From Candidatus Kapaibacterium sp. (GTDB taxonomy: Bacteria; Bacteroidota; Ignavibacteria; Kapaibacteriales; UBA2268): DNA of 64,000 nucleotides. The stretch covers positions 4,704,001-4,768,000 of the forward strand of contig OY762428.1 of assembly GCA_963665665.1 (NCBI GenBank), given 5' to 3'. Positions within the stretch are counted from its first letter, which is position 1; every line of letters begins with the position of its first letter. The translations under genes were made by a program, and so were the position numbers. The notes under the pieces were generated by a model that searched no databases, was not told the origin of the DNA, and was given only the letters and a program-made list of their open reading frames with translations. This document shows positions 41,837 to 50,677 of the stretch, in pieces.

Positions 41837-43081
41837 CTAATTCCCGACTATCTCCCGGTAGGCCTCCAAAGCCTCTGGGAATGGCTGCAGCGTGCGTTCA
41901 ACCACACCATGCATTAATGAAATCAGAATACCATAATTGGTAATAGGAACTCCGCGGTCCCTGGCTTTTTCAATTCGGACTAATTTTTCGTTTCGGGTAA
42001 GCATACAGCCTCCGCAATGTATTATGGCCTTGTATTCTTCAAGGTTTGCCGGGTAATCCCTTCCTGCTACAATATCAAGACTAACTTCCTCTCCTTTAAA
42101 CTGTTTCAGCCATCGTGGTATTTTTACTCTGCCAATATCATCTTCATTAGGGTGGTGGCTGCAGGCTTCGGCAATCAGGATTTTTTCTCCTTTTTTTACA
42201 TTTTCAATAGCAGCAACACCTTTTGATTCTTCAATCAGGTCGCCCTTAAATCTTGAGAATAATATTGAAAATGTGGTGCACAGTATATCGTCAGGTGTGT
42301 TTTTTACCATGTGGTCTACAACCTGGGAATCACAGACAACGAGGTCAGGTTTCCGGCTCAAAGTTTCCAGAACATAAGGATATTCATCGTGCTGAACAAC
42401 TACTGATATTGAATGCCCGTCAAGTAAATCGCGGATAGTCTGTACCTGTGGCAGAATGATTCTTCCCTTAGGTGCTTCGCTGTCTATTGGTACTAAAAGA
42501 ACAACAATGCCGTTTTTAGGAACCAAATCTCTGATCAGCGGTTGTTGTTTCATAAATTCGGGGGGGAGTATAGTGATAATTTCGTGCTTAACGGATTTAA
42601 TGTATTGATCCCTGTTGATTAAATCAATGCTTGAACATGTAACTACCTGCTTCGAAATCTTTTTCATCCTGTCAATGAAATCTGTATCTGGATTTTGGAT
42701 GTCAATTTTGTTTACGGCAATTATCAGTGGAATATTTGATTTCTTTGTTCTGTCGGCGATATCCTGCTCGAATTCTGTCCATTGGTTTGGTTCAATAACC
42801 AGTATTATAATATCTGCCCTGTCAAAAATCTTTTCTGTTCTTTCAATTCGCTTAGTGCCAAGTGTAGAAACATCATCAATACCACCGGTATCAAGAATTG
42901 TAACCGGCCCGATTGGAAGCAATTCCATGGATTTTTCAACAACATCGGTTGTTGTTCCTGGCTCTTCGGATGTTACTGCCACGTCCTGGTTGGCTATCAT
43001 ATTTAATAAACTTGACTTACCAACATTAGTCCTGCCAAAAATTCCTATCTGCAGCCTTAGTGATTTTGGTGTGTTTAGCAT
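41837..43081 (-). CDS. hydF: [FeFe]-hydrogenase H-cluster maturation GTPase HydF
   Basis: GRTNVGKSS, PGTTTD, DTGG, NKID, APKGRIILPQVQTIRD, EACSHH and HCGGC cluster motif. Confidence 0.95.
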   Translation of the reverse strand: MLNTPKSLRLQIGIFGRTNVGKSSLLNMIANQDVAVTSEEPGTTTDVVEKSMELLPIGPVTILDTGGIDDVSTLGTKRIERTEKIFDRADIIILVIEPNQWTEFEQDIADRTKKSNIPLIIAVNKIDIQNPDTDFIDRMKKISKQVVTCSSIDLINRDQYIKSVKHEIITILPPEFMKQQPLIRDLVPKNGIVVLLVPIDSEAPKGRIILPQVQTIRDLLDGHSISVVVQHDEYPYVLETLSRKPDLVVCDSQVVDHMVKNTPDDILCTTFSILFSRFKGDLIEESKGVAAIENVKKGEKILIAEACSHHPNEDDIGRVKIPRWLKQFKGEEVSLDIVAGRDYPANLEEYKAIIHCGGCMLTRNEKLVRIEKARDRGVPITNYGILISLMHGVVERTLQPFPEALEAYREIVGN

Positions 43082-43225
43082 TTTTTCCGTCCCTTAGGTG
43101 AATGTCCCAAAAAATTACTCGTCGTATATCTTTATAGTATATTGTCAAATAAAACTCTTCAGAATACTAAAAATTTTGAAATTTTCAAACATGATATTTT
43201 TTACATCTTAATTGTTATTTGCCTG

Positions 43226-44080
43226 TTAGCTCCCACAACTAAAATCATCCCCGGCGGGGCAAAGAGCCGATTTATAACGGAAGGAATCAGCCGCCGCCTG
43301 GCACAGGCAGAACTCCCTGAACAACCCGTACATTGTCGATCCGCTGCCGGACATCAGGGCAAATTCAGCTCCCTGGTTATAAAGTTCTTCTTTGATTTTC
43401 TTCAATTCGGGATGAAGCCTGAAAGCATTTGGCTCAAAATCATTTATAATATGTTTCTTCAGATACTCCGGATCATCAATATTATCTGTCAGTATTTTCC
43501 TGAAATCTGTAACCGGGTAATTTTTATTTTCCCTGTCTAAGGCTTTGTATGACTGCGGGGTGGGAATATGAATGCCTGGAAACACCAGCAGAAGATGATA
43601 GGGGAGTTTGAAATCAAAATAATTAAGAATTTCACCCCTGCCTGTTCCTACAGCAGCCCCTTCCTTCAGGAAAAAAGGGACATCAGAGCCAAGTTCAAGC
43701 GCAATATTGAAAAGCTCCTGACAGCTTAGGCCGGCATTCCAGAATTCGTTCAATCCTTTCAGCACAGCCGCAGCATCTGAACTTCCCCCGCCAAGTCCGC
43801 CGCCGTCGGGTAATTTTTTTAACAGAGTTATTTTTGCACCTTTGTGTTCTGATTTAATATTTTTTCTTAAATTTACCGCGGCCTTGTAAACCAAATTTTC
43901 TTCATTTGGCAGATCAAGGTCGGGGATGCAGGTTAGTTCAAGCTTTTCGGATGGTTCTATAAATATCTCATCTGAAATGCAAACCGGGATAAATATGGTA
44001 TTTATATCATGAAACCCGTCGTCACGTTTTCTGAGTACCTGAAGCCCGATATTAATTTTAGCGTTAGCTTTTATTTTCAT
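43226..44080 (-). CDS. ispE: 4-diphosphocytidyl-2-C-methyl-D-erythritol kinase
   Basis: AKINIGL...RDDGFH, GGGLGGGSSDAAA, LGSDVPFF, NDFE, MSGSGST. Confidence 0.95.
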   Translation of the reverse strand: MKIKANAKINIGLQVLRKRDDGFHDINTIFIPVCISDEIFIEPSEKLELTCIPDLDLPNEENLVYKAAVNLRKNIKSEHKGAKITLLKKLPDGGGLGGGSSDAAAVLKGLNEFWNAGLSCQELFNIALELGSDVPFFLKEGAAVGTGRGEILNYFDFKLPYHLLLVFPGIHIPTPQSYKALDRENKNYPVTDFRKILTDNIDDPEYLKKHIINDFEPNAFRLHPELKKIKEELYNQGAEFALMSGSGSTMYGLFREFCLCQAAADSFRYKSALCPAGDDFSCGS

Positions 44081-44104
44081 TATTATTCGAATTGTTAATT
44101 TTAC

Positions 44105-44755
44105 ATGGCCAAAAATAAGGAAATATCATACAAACAGGAAATTCTCAGGAAGAGTATTCACCTGTTTTCATTATCATTCCCGATTATTTATTATTTCATT
44201 ACCCGCGACCTGGCGTTGAAAGTACTAATACCAATGACCATTATTGCCGTTGTATTGGATTTGCTTAGCAAGCGCAAGGGAATTGCCAATAAAATTATTT
44301 ATGGTATCTTCGGGAAGATGCTGCGCGCTCACGAGACCGAGAAAAAGTTTACGCTCAACGGGGCTTCATGGGTATTAATTTCTGCAACAACCTGCGTTCT
44401 GATATTCCCTAAAATGTTGATGATAACCGGATTCAGCATACTTATCATTTCTGATATTTCAGCGGCACTGTATGGCCGAAGATATGGCAAACACAAATTT
44501 TTTGACAAATCGTATGAGGGGAGCGCAGCCTTCGTTGTTTCGGCAATCATCGTTGTTGCAGTAATAGGCTGGCTTACAAACGCTCCATTGCCTTATTATG
44601 TTATTGGATGGATTGCATGCTTTTTTGGCGCATGGGCCGAGGCTGCATCAGGCTGGCTGCGGGTTGATGACAATATGTCGATACCCTTGAGCGTCGGAGG
44701 AATTATGTGGATAGGAAATATTATCGGAGAGAGTTTTGGATTTACTTTTTTATAA
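44105..44755 (+). CDS. Dolichol/phytol kinase-like CTP-dependent membrane kinase (SEC59/DGK1/VTE5 family)
   Basis: EILRKSIH, SDISAALYGRRYG, KSYEGS, DDNMSIPL. Confidence 0.82.
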   Translation: MAKNKEISYKQEILRKSIHLFSLSFPIIYYFITRDLALKVLIPMTIIAVVLDLLSKRKGIANKIIYGIFGKMLRAHETEKKFTLNGASWVLISATTCVLIFPKMLMITGFSILIISDISAALYGRRYGKHKFFDKSYEGSAAFVVSAIIVVAVIGWLTNAPLPYYVIGWIACFFGAWAEAASGWLRVDDNMSIPLSVGGIMWIGNIIGESFGFTFL

Positions 44756-45254
44756 TTTCAGAATAAAAATATTATTATTTGTCAGCACAGTTTTCGTTTT
44801 GTTATCATGCTCGGGAGAAGAAAATTCATTCGATATAAAAGATTATTATATTGATGATTCCAACCAGGGCAGGATAGTTTTTTTCTTTATTGAAACTTCT
44901 GTTAAGGACAGTGCCGCACTTGGTAAACAGGCCGAAAAAATATTTCAAACTCACGAGGCTTATGCAAATGTCGATTCAGGTAAATTGAAAGTTATTATGG
45001 CTCATTTCTATTCAACTGCGGAAATTGGCGAAGTTCCGGAGGCCGACAGGCAGAGAATTATTGCCGATTACGGTGGAGAAGAGAATTTCCTGAGCAAGGT
45101 AAAATTCGTAAAGAACGGCTTTATGTATGCCGGTTTTTCCAGGAAGATAGGGCGGCTGGATATACCTGTGAATAAAGTTTTCCCTTCGCCTTTCATTGTT
45201 CCTGCTGACGGTTTCAAAGCTGCTGAAATAATCGCTGCAAGGAAGAGGAAGTAG
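44736..45254 (+). CDS. Hypothetical lipoprotein
   Basis: Lipobox LLSC; overlaps the upstream gene. Confidence 0.6.
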   Translation: MDLLFYNFRIKILLFVSTVFVLLSCSGEENSFDIKDYYIDDSNQGRIVFFFIETSVKDSAALGKQAEKIFQTHEAYANVDSGKLKVIMAHFYSTAEIGEVPEADRQRIIADYGGEENFLSKVKFVKNGFMYAGFSRKIGRLDIPVNKVFPSPFIVPADGFKAAEIIAARKRK

Positions 45255-45321
45255 ATAGGTGCTTATTCGGGGGATAAGTATGATGAAAATATCCTTTTAA
45301 AATAACTATTTCCGATACCAA

Positions 45322-45518
45322 AAGTATTTTTAGCTGATTTCTGTTTTGTCCCAATCTCCAAATTAAATTAGCAAATTTAAAATAACCAATGATTTAGCAG
45401 CGAATGTCAACTCTAACATTTAACCTTAACAACCCTCCATTCCTTATCTCTTTGTTCTTATGATTAAGGATACATCAGTTATTGATTTTTATTTATTCTC
45501 GCCCCGAAGGGCGGGGGG
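45322..45518. repeat. Cassette-associated repeat, copy 1 (~200 bp)
   Basis: Aligns along its length with 49481-49676; invariant TCTTATGATTAAGGATACATCAGTT and CGCCCCGAAGGGCGGGGG. Confidence 0.88.
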
Positions 45519-45546
45519 TATTAAATAGAAGTATTAATATTTTAAA

Positions 45547-46716
45547 TCAATTATCAAAATAATAATGATATTCCTTTTGGAAAGTTGGATTATCCCTGAA
45601 TTTTAAATATTCATATTTATTTTTAAAATGAAATATTCGATTATTATCTAAACTATTGAATTTATTTTTTTCAGCATCAGTTCTAAAACAATCAGTAGAA
45701 ATTGAGAATATTTCAATTTTTCCTGAATTTAATTTTTCAAGTATGCATTTTGGTATTGTTATGATAGGGTTTGCTCTTACGTTGAGAGATTTTAATTTTT
45801 TTACATTGCATAAATTTTCATTAATTGAAGTTATCAAATTCCCTGATAAACTTAGAGTTTCCAGATTTCTACTATTTGCTATAGAATTAGGGATACTTTC
45901 GATATTATTGTTTGATAAATTTAGATACTTTAAACTTCTTGAATCGAATATATAATCTGGAATTATTTTCAAATTATTTCTTTCAATACTAAGATATTCT
46001 AATGAATTCATTTGAACAATTTGCTTTGGAATTGTTTCCAAATAGTTATTCTTTAAACTTAAATCAGTTATATTCAAATCAGAAATTACATGAAACAAGC
46101 TGTCTGAGTTATTTAACTGATTATTATTTAAATCTAAAAGATCCAAAGACTTGCATTTCGAAATTTCAGATGGTAAATTTCTTAACAAGTTATTATTCAG
46201 ATGCAAAGACTCTAAGTTCCTCAAATTGCCTATACCTATGGGAATATCTATAATGTAATTATCAGATAAATTAAGAAGATAAATCGATTTAATATCAAAT
46301 ATATTACCTGGGATTTCTTGCAATTGACAATTATTAATAACTAATCTGGTAAGTTGCAAGGGTTTCAGTTTATACAAAAACCTTTGGATATCACAGAATT
46401 CAAAGTTTAAACCATACAATTCAGGGCTATTATTTAATGATTCAAAAAAATTACCCCAATTATCAGAACTACAAGATATCAATCTTATATCTCCCAGTTT
46501 TTTACTAAGAAAAGAGAATTCAGATACTTCTTTGTCAAAAAAACAAAACTGAAAAGTCATAAACTGAATACCATCAAACGATTTAAGAGAGTCAACAAGT
46601 TTCTGGTCGATTATTTCATCTTTGATTAATAAAGAATATGTATTCCTTTCGATTTTTGAATATCCGACAGCTAAAGAAACCACAAATGTTATTATTAATA
46701 CAATTATCTTTTTCAT
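45547..46716 (-). CDS. Secreted leucine-rich-repeat protein, putative immunity protein
   Basis: Signal peptide, repeated LxxLxLxxNxLxxIP; GGAG RBS; directly after the RHS toxin tip. Confidence 0.82.
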   Translation of the reverse strand: MKKIIVLIITFVVSLAVGYSKIERNTYSLLIKDEIIDQKLVDSLKSFDGIQFMTFQFCFFDKEVSEFSFLSKKLGDIRLISCSSDNWGNFFESLNNSPELYGLNFEFCDIQRFLYKLKPLQLTRLVINNCQLQEIPGNIFDIKSIYLLNLSDNYIIDIPIGIGNLRNLESLHLNNNLLRNLPSEISKCKSLDLLDLNNNQLNNSDSLFHVISDLNITDLSLKNNYLETIPKQIVQMNSLEYLSIERNNLKIIPDYIFDSRSLKYLNLSNNNIESIPNSIANSRNLETLSLSGNLITSINENLCNVKKLKSLNVRANPIITIPKCILEKLNSGKIEIFSISTDCFRTDAEKNKFNSLDNNRIFHFKNKYEYLKFRDNPTFQKEYHYYFDN

Positions 46717-46734
46717 CTATAACTCCAATTATTT

Positions 46735-47685
46735 TTAATATCCATAAATCTTTAAAATCGCACCCCATTTTAATCTTATCTCTATATACTCCTTCCCAGA
46801 ATATCTGTAAAAAAAAAACCCGCCACCAAACACGTTATCATGATTAATAATACATCCCCATTGGTGAGGACGTAGTCTATTTTTATTATACTGCATACAT
46901 TTATCAGAATTTAAGGTTAAAAACGAATCACCGGACGAATTTGGAGGACACTCAGCATCAGCATCATGAGTATGTCCTAAGATAAAATAATCAGCTACTT
47001 CAACCAAATCTAAATACTTTTCAAACAGTTTTTCAGAATCAAAATATTCAGTTGTTCCATTTTCTTGATCAATTTCAAATTTTAGAAGCTCTCCTTCTTT
47101 ATTATAAATCATAATATAACCAAGCTCTGGAGTGTATCCTCTACTATTCGAACCTTTTTTATGATAATCATCTCCCCAACGAACTATATCTCGAACTCCC
47201 CTCAATAAATCTAACAAATGTTGAAATGGCGGTAATTTTAATGTTTTATCATCATTAATAATTTCTTTGAGTGTTTTTCCATCGATTTCATCTTTTGTTA
47301 AATCAGTAACATATTTTCCAGGGGTATCTGAATCTGGATTATGTTTTAATATATTACCCTCTTCATCATAAACTGTAGCTGATCCTCGAGCTGCTATTCT
47401 TACACTTGTACTAAAGAAATACCGACATGCATCAGGAAATAACAAAGAGGCAAATGATTCAAAACTTTTACAAAAAATTCTTAACCTATCTTTTTCTGCC
47501 TCCATAAACTCATCCAAATTATCATGAACCATATTAATGTAATCGTGACTTTCACTGTTCATATCAACATCGGCGAACTGAATTTTATCTCTCATCTTCT
47601 CCTTCTCCGGAGCAAGTCCTGAAGGATCGCGCCAGGTCATGGGTGAATTATAAGCATAGGAATATGGGTAGCTGCAATTTGTCAT
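46735..47685 (-). CDS. Orphan RHS C-terminal toxin module (core end + JAB/DUF4329-like tip)
   Basis: YPYSYAYNSPMTWRDPSGL (RHS PxxxxDPxG); later PELGY...GHTH...SSGD resembles an E..HxH..SxxD JAB motif. Confidence 0.75.
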   Translation of the reverse strand: MTNCSYPYSYAYNSPMTWRDPSGLAPEKEKMRDKIQFADVDMNSESHDYINMVHDNLDEFMEAEKDRLRIFCKSFESFASLLFPDACRYFFSTSVRIAARGSATVYDEEGNILKHNPDSDTPGKYVTDLTKDEIDGKTLKEIINDDKTLKLPPFQHLLDLLRGVRDIVRWGDDYHKKGSNSRGYTPELGYIMIYNKEGELLKFEIDQENGTTEYFDSEKLFEKYLDLVEVADYFILGHTHDADAECPPNSSGDSFLTLNSDKCMQYNKNRLRPHQWGCIINHDNVFGGGFFFYRYSGKEYIEIRLKWGAILKIYGY

Positions 47686-48521
47686 TGCAATTCTTTTCTG
47701 TCGTTATCGCTCATATTGTTTACCAGCCTGTCTTCAACTAATATTTTCATCTGCTGGATAGCTGTATTGTTTAGCATTTTAAGCCTCTCCGGCTGACTCA
47801 GTTTCTGCTTTATGAAATAGGCATTCAGATTTTCAAGGTTTGCCAGGCACACAAGCTGGGAAACATTGGCATAATCCCGGATATTGCCCTTCATTTCCGG
47901 GTTTTCATCTCTCCATTGTTTTGCGGTTTTACCAAACAGCGCCATGTTTAGCAGGTCAGCTTCGGAAGCATAAACAAAGTTGATTTGCGAGTTAGACAAC
48001 TCGGGCGGTATTAAATGTTCTTTTATCGCGTCGGTATGGATGCGGTAGTTTATTTTTGTAAGGTTGCGGCGAATATCCCAGCCAAGCTGCGTTTGTTCCA
48101 GGTCTTTCAGTCGTTGGAATTCTTTAATCAGATATATTTTGAACTCAGCGCTTATCCACATACCAAATTCAAATGCAATATCCTTGTGTGCATAAGTGCC
48201 GCCATAGCGTCCCGCTTTAGAAATAATACCGATAGCATTAGTGCTGCTAATCCAATTTTTGCTCGACAGTATAAAACCATTCGAACCGGATTCATTTCTA
48301 ATGTTACGGAATTCAGTAACATTAAAATCCGGATTATGCATTTTCTCCCATAAGCCTATGAATTCAACGGTATATCTTGTACTCATCCAGTGAGAGATAA
48401 CTAAACCCGTGGTTTCAGGATTTTTATATCTTGCAATATCAGTTAAAGAAATATAATCTGATTTCTGTAGAGTTGAAACTGTAATTTCCAGGCCTTTTAC
48501 TTCAATCTTTTTGTTTTTCAT
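47682..48521 (-). CDS. KilA-N domain DNA-binding protein
   Basis: DYISLTDIARYK, GLWEKMHNPDF, AGRYGGTYAHKDIAFEF, LIKEFQRLK, KINYRIHTDAIK, GNIRDYA. Confidence 0.9.
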   Translation of the reverse strand: MKNKKIEVKGLEITVSTLQKSDYISLTDIARYKNPETTGLVISHWMSTRYTVEFIGLWEKMHNPDFNVTEFRNIRNESGSNGFILSSKNWISSTNAIGIISKAGRYGGTYAHKDIAFEFGMWISAEFKIYLIKEFQRLKDLEQTQLGWDIRRNLTKINYRIHTDAIKEHLIPPELSNSQINFVYASEADLLNMALFGKTAKQWRDENPEMKGNIRDYANVSQLVCLANLENLNAYFIKQKLSQPERLKMLNNTAIQQMKILVEDRLVNNMSDNDRKELQ

Positions 48522-48690
48522 TGCATTATTCCATGTTTTAATAAGCCTTATCGCAATCTAACAATTTTCTGATAATAATTGAAACATAAGCTGCAATTCA
48601 TGATATTTCTATTCAATTCTTCAATCCCTTCAATGGAAGGTGAATAATTCCGGCTGGCTATGGGGGCTGTATTTATGCTATTTCTGTTCA

Positions 48691-48776
48691 CTCCTTTCCT
48701 TAACTCTCTAATCTTATGATTAAGGATACATCAGTTTTTGATTTTTATTCCATCCCCGCCCCGAAGGGCGGGGGAT
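48691..48776. repeat. Cassette-associated repeat, copy 2 (short, ~86 bp)
   Basis: Same 25-bp core and GC hairpin as 45322-45518 and 49481-49676. Confidence 0.85.
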
Positions 48777-48810
48777 AATTCATATTTAGATCAAAGATTG
48801 AAAATAATTT

Positions 48811-49404
48811 CTAATTTCCATTTTTTAATTTTCGTTCTTTTGTATTTGAACTTGGAAATATTTTACCATTATCATAAATTAGTTCCCCATTTTCATCCCA
48901 CATTTTACCCTCTCCTTCAGGATTTCCATCAATAATATTTATTTCCTTACTCTTTAAACCATTTGGATGCCACTCAATAAATTTTCCATGAAGTTTACAA
49001 TCTTTATATGATATAGATTTTTCAGGATTTCCATTGTCATAATACGTTGTGAAAGTACCATTTCCATTTGTTACCACTTGATTACCTTCTTTATCCCATG
49101 CATTTATGTTGAGAATATCGCCATCATCCGAAGATTCAACTATCATCATAATTTTTCCATTACTGTAATAATAATTAGCCGTACCAATCATTTTTCCCAT
49201 TTTTTGTTCACTTTCAAAATATAATTGTCCGTTTTCATAATAAAATATTTCTTTGCCATCAGGTAAACCATCTACTGTCCAAACCTTATGTTTTAAATTT
49301 CCATTTGCATATTTTTCAACGTGTAATTCTCTTTTTGCATTGTCACAAGAGAAAAATAAATTCAGCAGCATTAATGTCATAACAAAATTGAATACTCTTC
49401 TCAT
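48811..49404 (-). CDS. MORN-2 repeat (YwqK-like) lipoprotein, putative immunity protein
   Basis: Lipobox FFSC; repeated G.....YYxNG units. Confidence 0.82.
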   Translation of the reverse strand: MRRVFNFVMTLMLLNLFFSCDNAKRELHVEKYANGNLKHKVWTVDGLPDGKEIFYYENGQLYFESEQKMGKMIGTANYYYSNGKIMMIVESSDDGDILNINAWDKEGNQVVTNGNGTFTTYYDNGNPEKSISYKDCKLHGKFIEWHPNGLKSKEINIIDGNPEGEGKMWDENGELIYDNGKIFPSSNTKERKLKNGN

Positions 49405-49480
49405 AATTGTTTCCCTTCGATTTATTTAATATGGATTGTTTAGTAACTCATTCTGTATAAACTAATTATATAGTATAAAG

Positions 49481-49676
49481 AAGTATATTTTAACTGATTT
49501 CTGATTTTTTCCGATATTCAAATAAATTAGTAAATTAAAATAACCAATGATTTAGCAGTGGATGTTAACTCTAACATTTAACCTTAACTATCCTCCATTT
49601 TTTATCTCTCATTTCTTATGATTAAGGATACATCAGTTATTTATTTTAATTTATTCCCGCCCCGAAGGGCGGGGGA
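49481..49676. repeat. Cassette-associated repeat, copy 3 (~200 bp)
   Basis: Aligns with 45322-45518. Confidence 0.88.
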
Positions 49677-49698
49677 TTGTTTTTTTTGTAGTAATATC

Positions 49699-50244
49699 TC
49701 AATATTCACTTCCATCCCTTTTCCAACGTTTAGGCTCTCCAATCAATCTTCCATTTTTATAATATACTTCCTTCCTAATATTTCCATTTCTGTACCAAGT
49801 AAATGATGTGTCAACCAATTTACTATTTCGATATGTAATCTGGGTTTCTTTTGTTCCATCAGGATAGTAATTAATATAGGTTCCATTCCCATCAATAACC
49901 ATGTGCTTACCGTCTTCACCCCAGTAGTTGCAATTTCTTAAACCACCGGAATTATTGAATTCCAATATTGCCCGAATTTTTCCGGATTCATAATACTGTT
50001 TATGAATGCCTGAATTTCTACCGGAAGTCATCTCTCCTTCATATTCTACTTGTCCATTCATGTAGTATAAGGTCATCTTACCATCCGGAACATTGTTAAC
50101 AACTTCATGAACTGACCTGATTTTACCGTTTCCATATTTTTCAATAACTTTTTCTCTTTTGCCGCAAGAACATATTACTAATATTGATATTAAGATTAAT
50201 AGTTTATAATACATTATTACATTCCTTTTCATTAATTTGATCAT
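49699..50244 (-). CDS. MORN-2 repeat (YwqK-like) lipoprotein, putative immunity protein
   Basis: Lipobox ICSC; paralog of 48811-49404 (PDGK..YY.NGQ, GNGT...YY). Confidence 0.82.
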   Translation of the reverse strand: MIKLMKRNVIMYYKLLILISILVICSCGKREKVIEKYGNGKIRSVHEVVNNVPDGKMTLYYMNGQVEYEGEMTSGRNSGIHKQYYESGKIRAILEFNNSGGLRNCNYWGEDGKHMVIDGNGTYINYYPDGTKETQITYRNSKLVDTSFTWYRNGNIRKEVYYKNGRLIGEPKRWKRDGSEY

Positions 50245-50272
50245 ATTTTAAAACTAACAATTCCAGATGAAA

Positions 50273-50602
50273 TTACTTCGATTTCAAAAATCCAATTGAC
50301 CGACGTTTTTGTTCCCTGCTGCCTGTTCCGGAAGCACGGTATCTCCAATCCCATTTGTCACAGTCTAAGGTCATAATATCGCATTCAAGGTCTTCATAGT
50401 CTCTGCTATAGTCGTAATCTACAAAATTTTTCAGAAAACTGCCAGAAGTATAATAAAATTCTTTTTGCTCATCATCTCCCCCGGCAGGATAATTATATAT
50501 TTTCCCAAGGCTTACAATAAATAAATTTGGAGAAATAAGCGCCCGTTTGTAATTGAATATCAGTATTAGGGATCGTTTTCCTGTATAAATTATGTAATTC
50601 AT
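50273..50602 (-). pseudogene. Probable toxin C-terminal tip remnant
   Basis: The 3' part of the ORF (NYPAGGDDEQ...SIGFLKSK) looks protein-like and sits just upstream of an immunity-type gene; the N-terminus is unconvincing. Confidence 0.4.
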
Positions 50603-50677
50603 TGATATTACAGAAAATAATATTTCTGATGCATCCTTCGGAATTGATTATTTGTGCAATAAATCCTTTGATTTGAG

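Noticed and set aside
45322-49676. Cassette repeats as integron attC sites
   Set aside because: No RYYYAAC...GTTRRRY pair enclosing a long imperfect palindrome and no IntI-type integrase seen; only isolated GTTA hexamers.
49618-49806. MIKDTSV... small ORF starting in the invariant 25-mer
   Set aside because: No RBS, and length and frame differ among the three copies.
12027-50602. Prophage or diversity-generating retroelement
   Set aside because: No phage structural genes, no reverse transcriptase and no adenine-specific TR/VR pair were seen.
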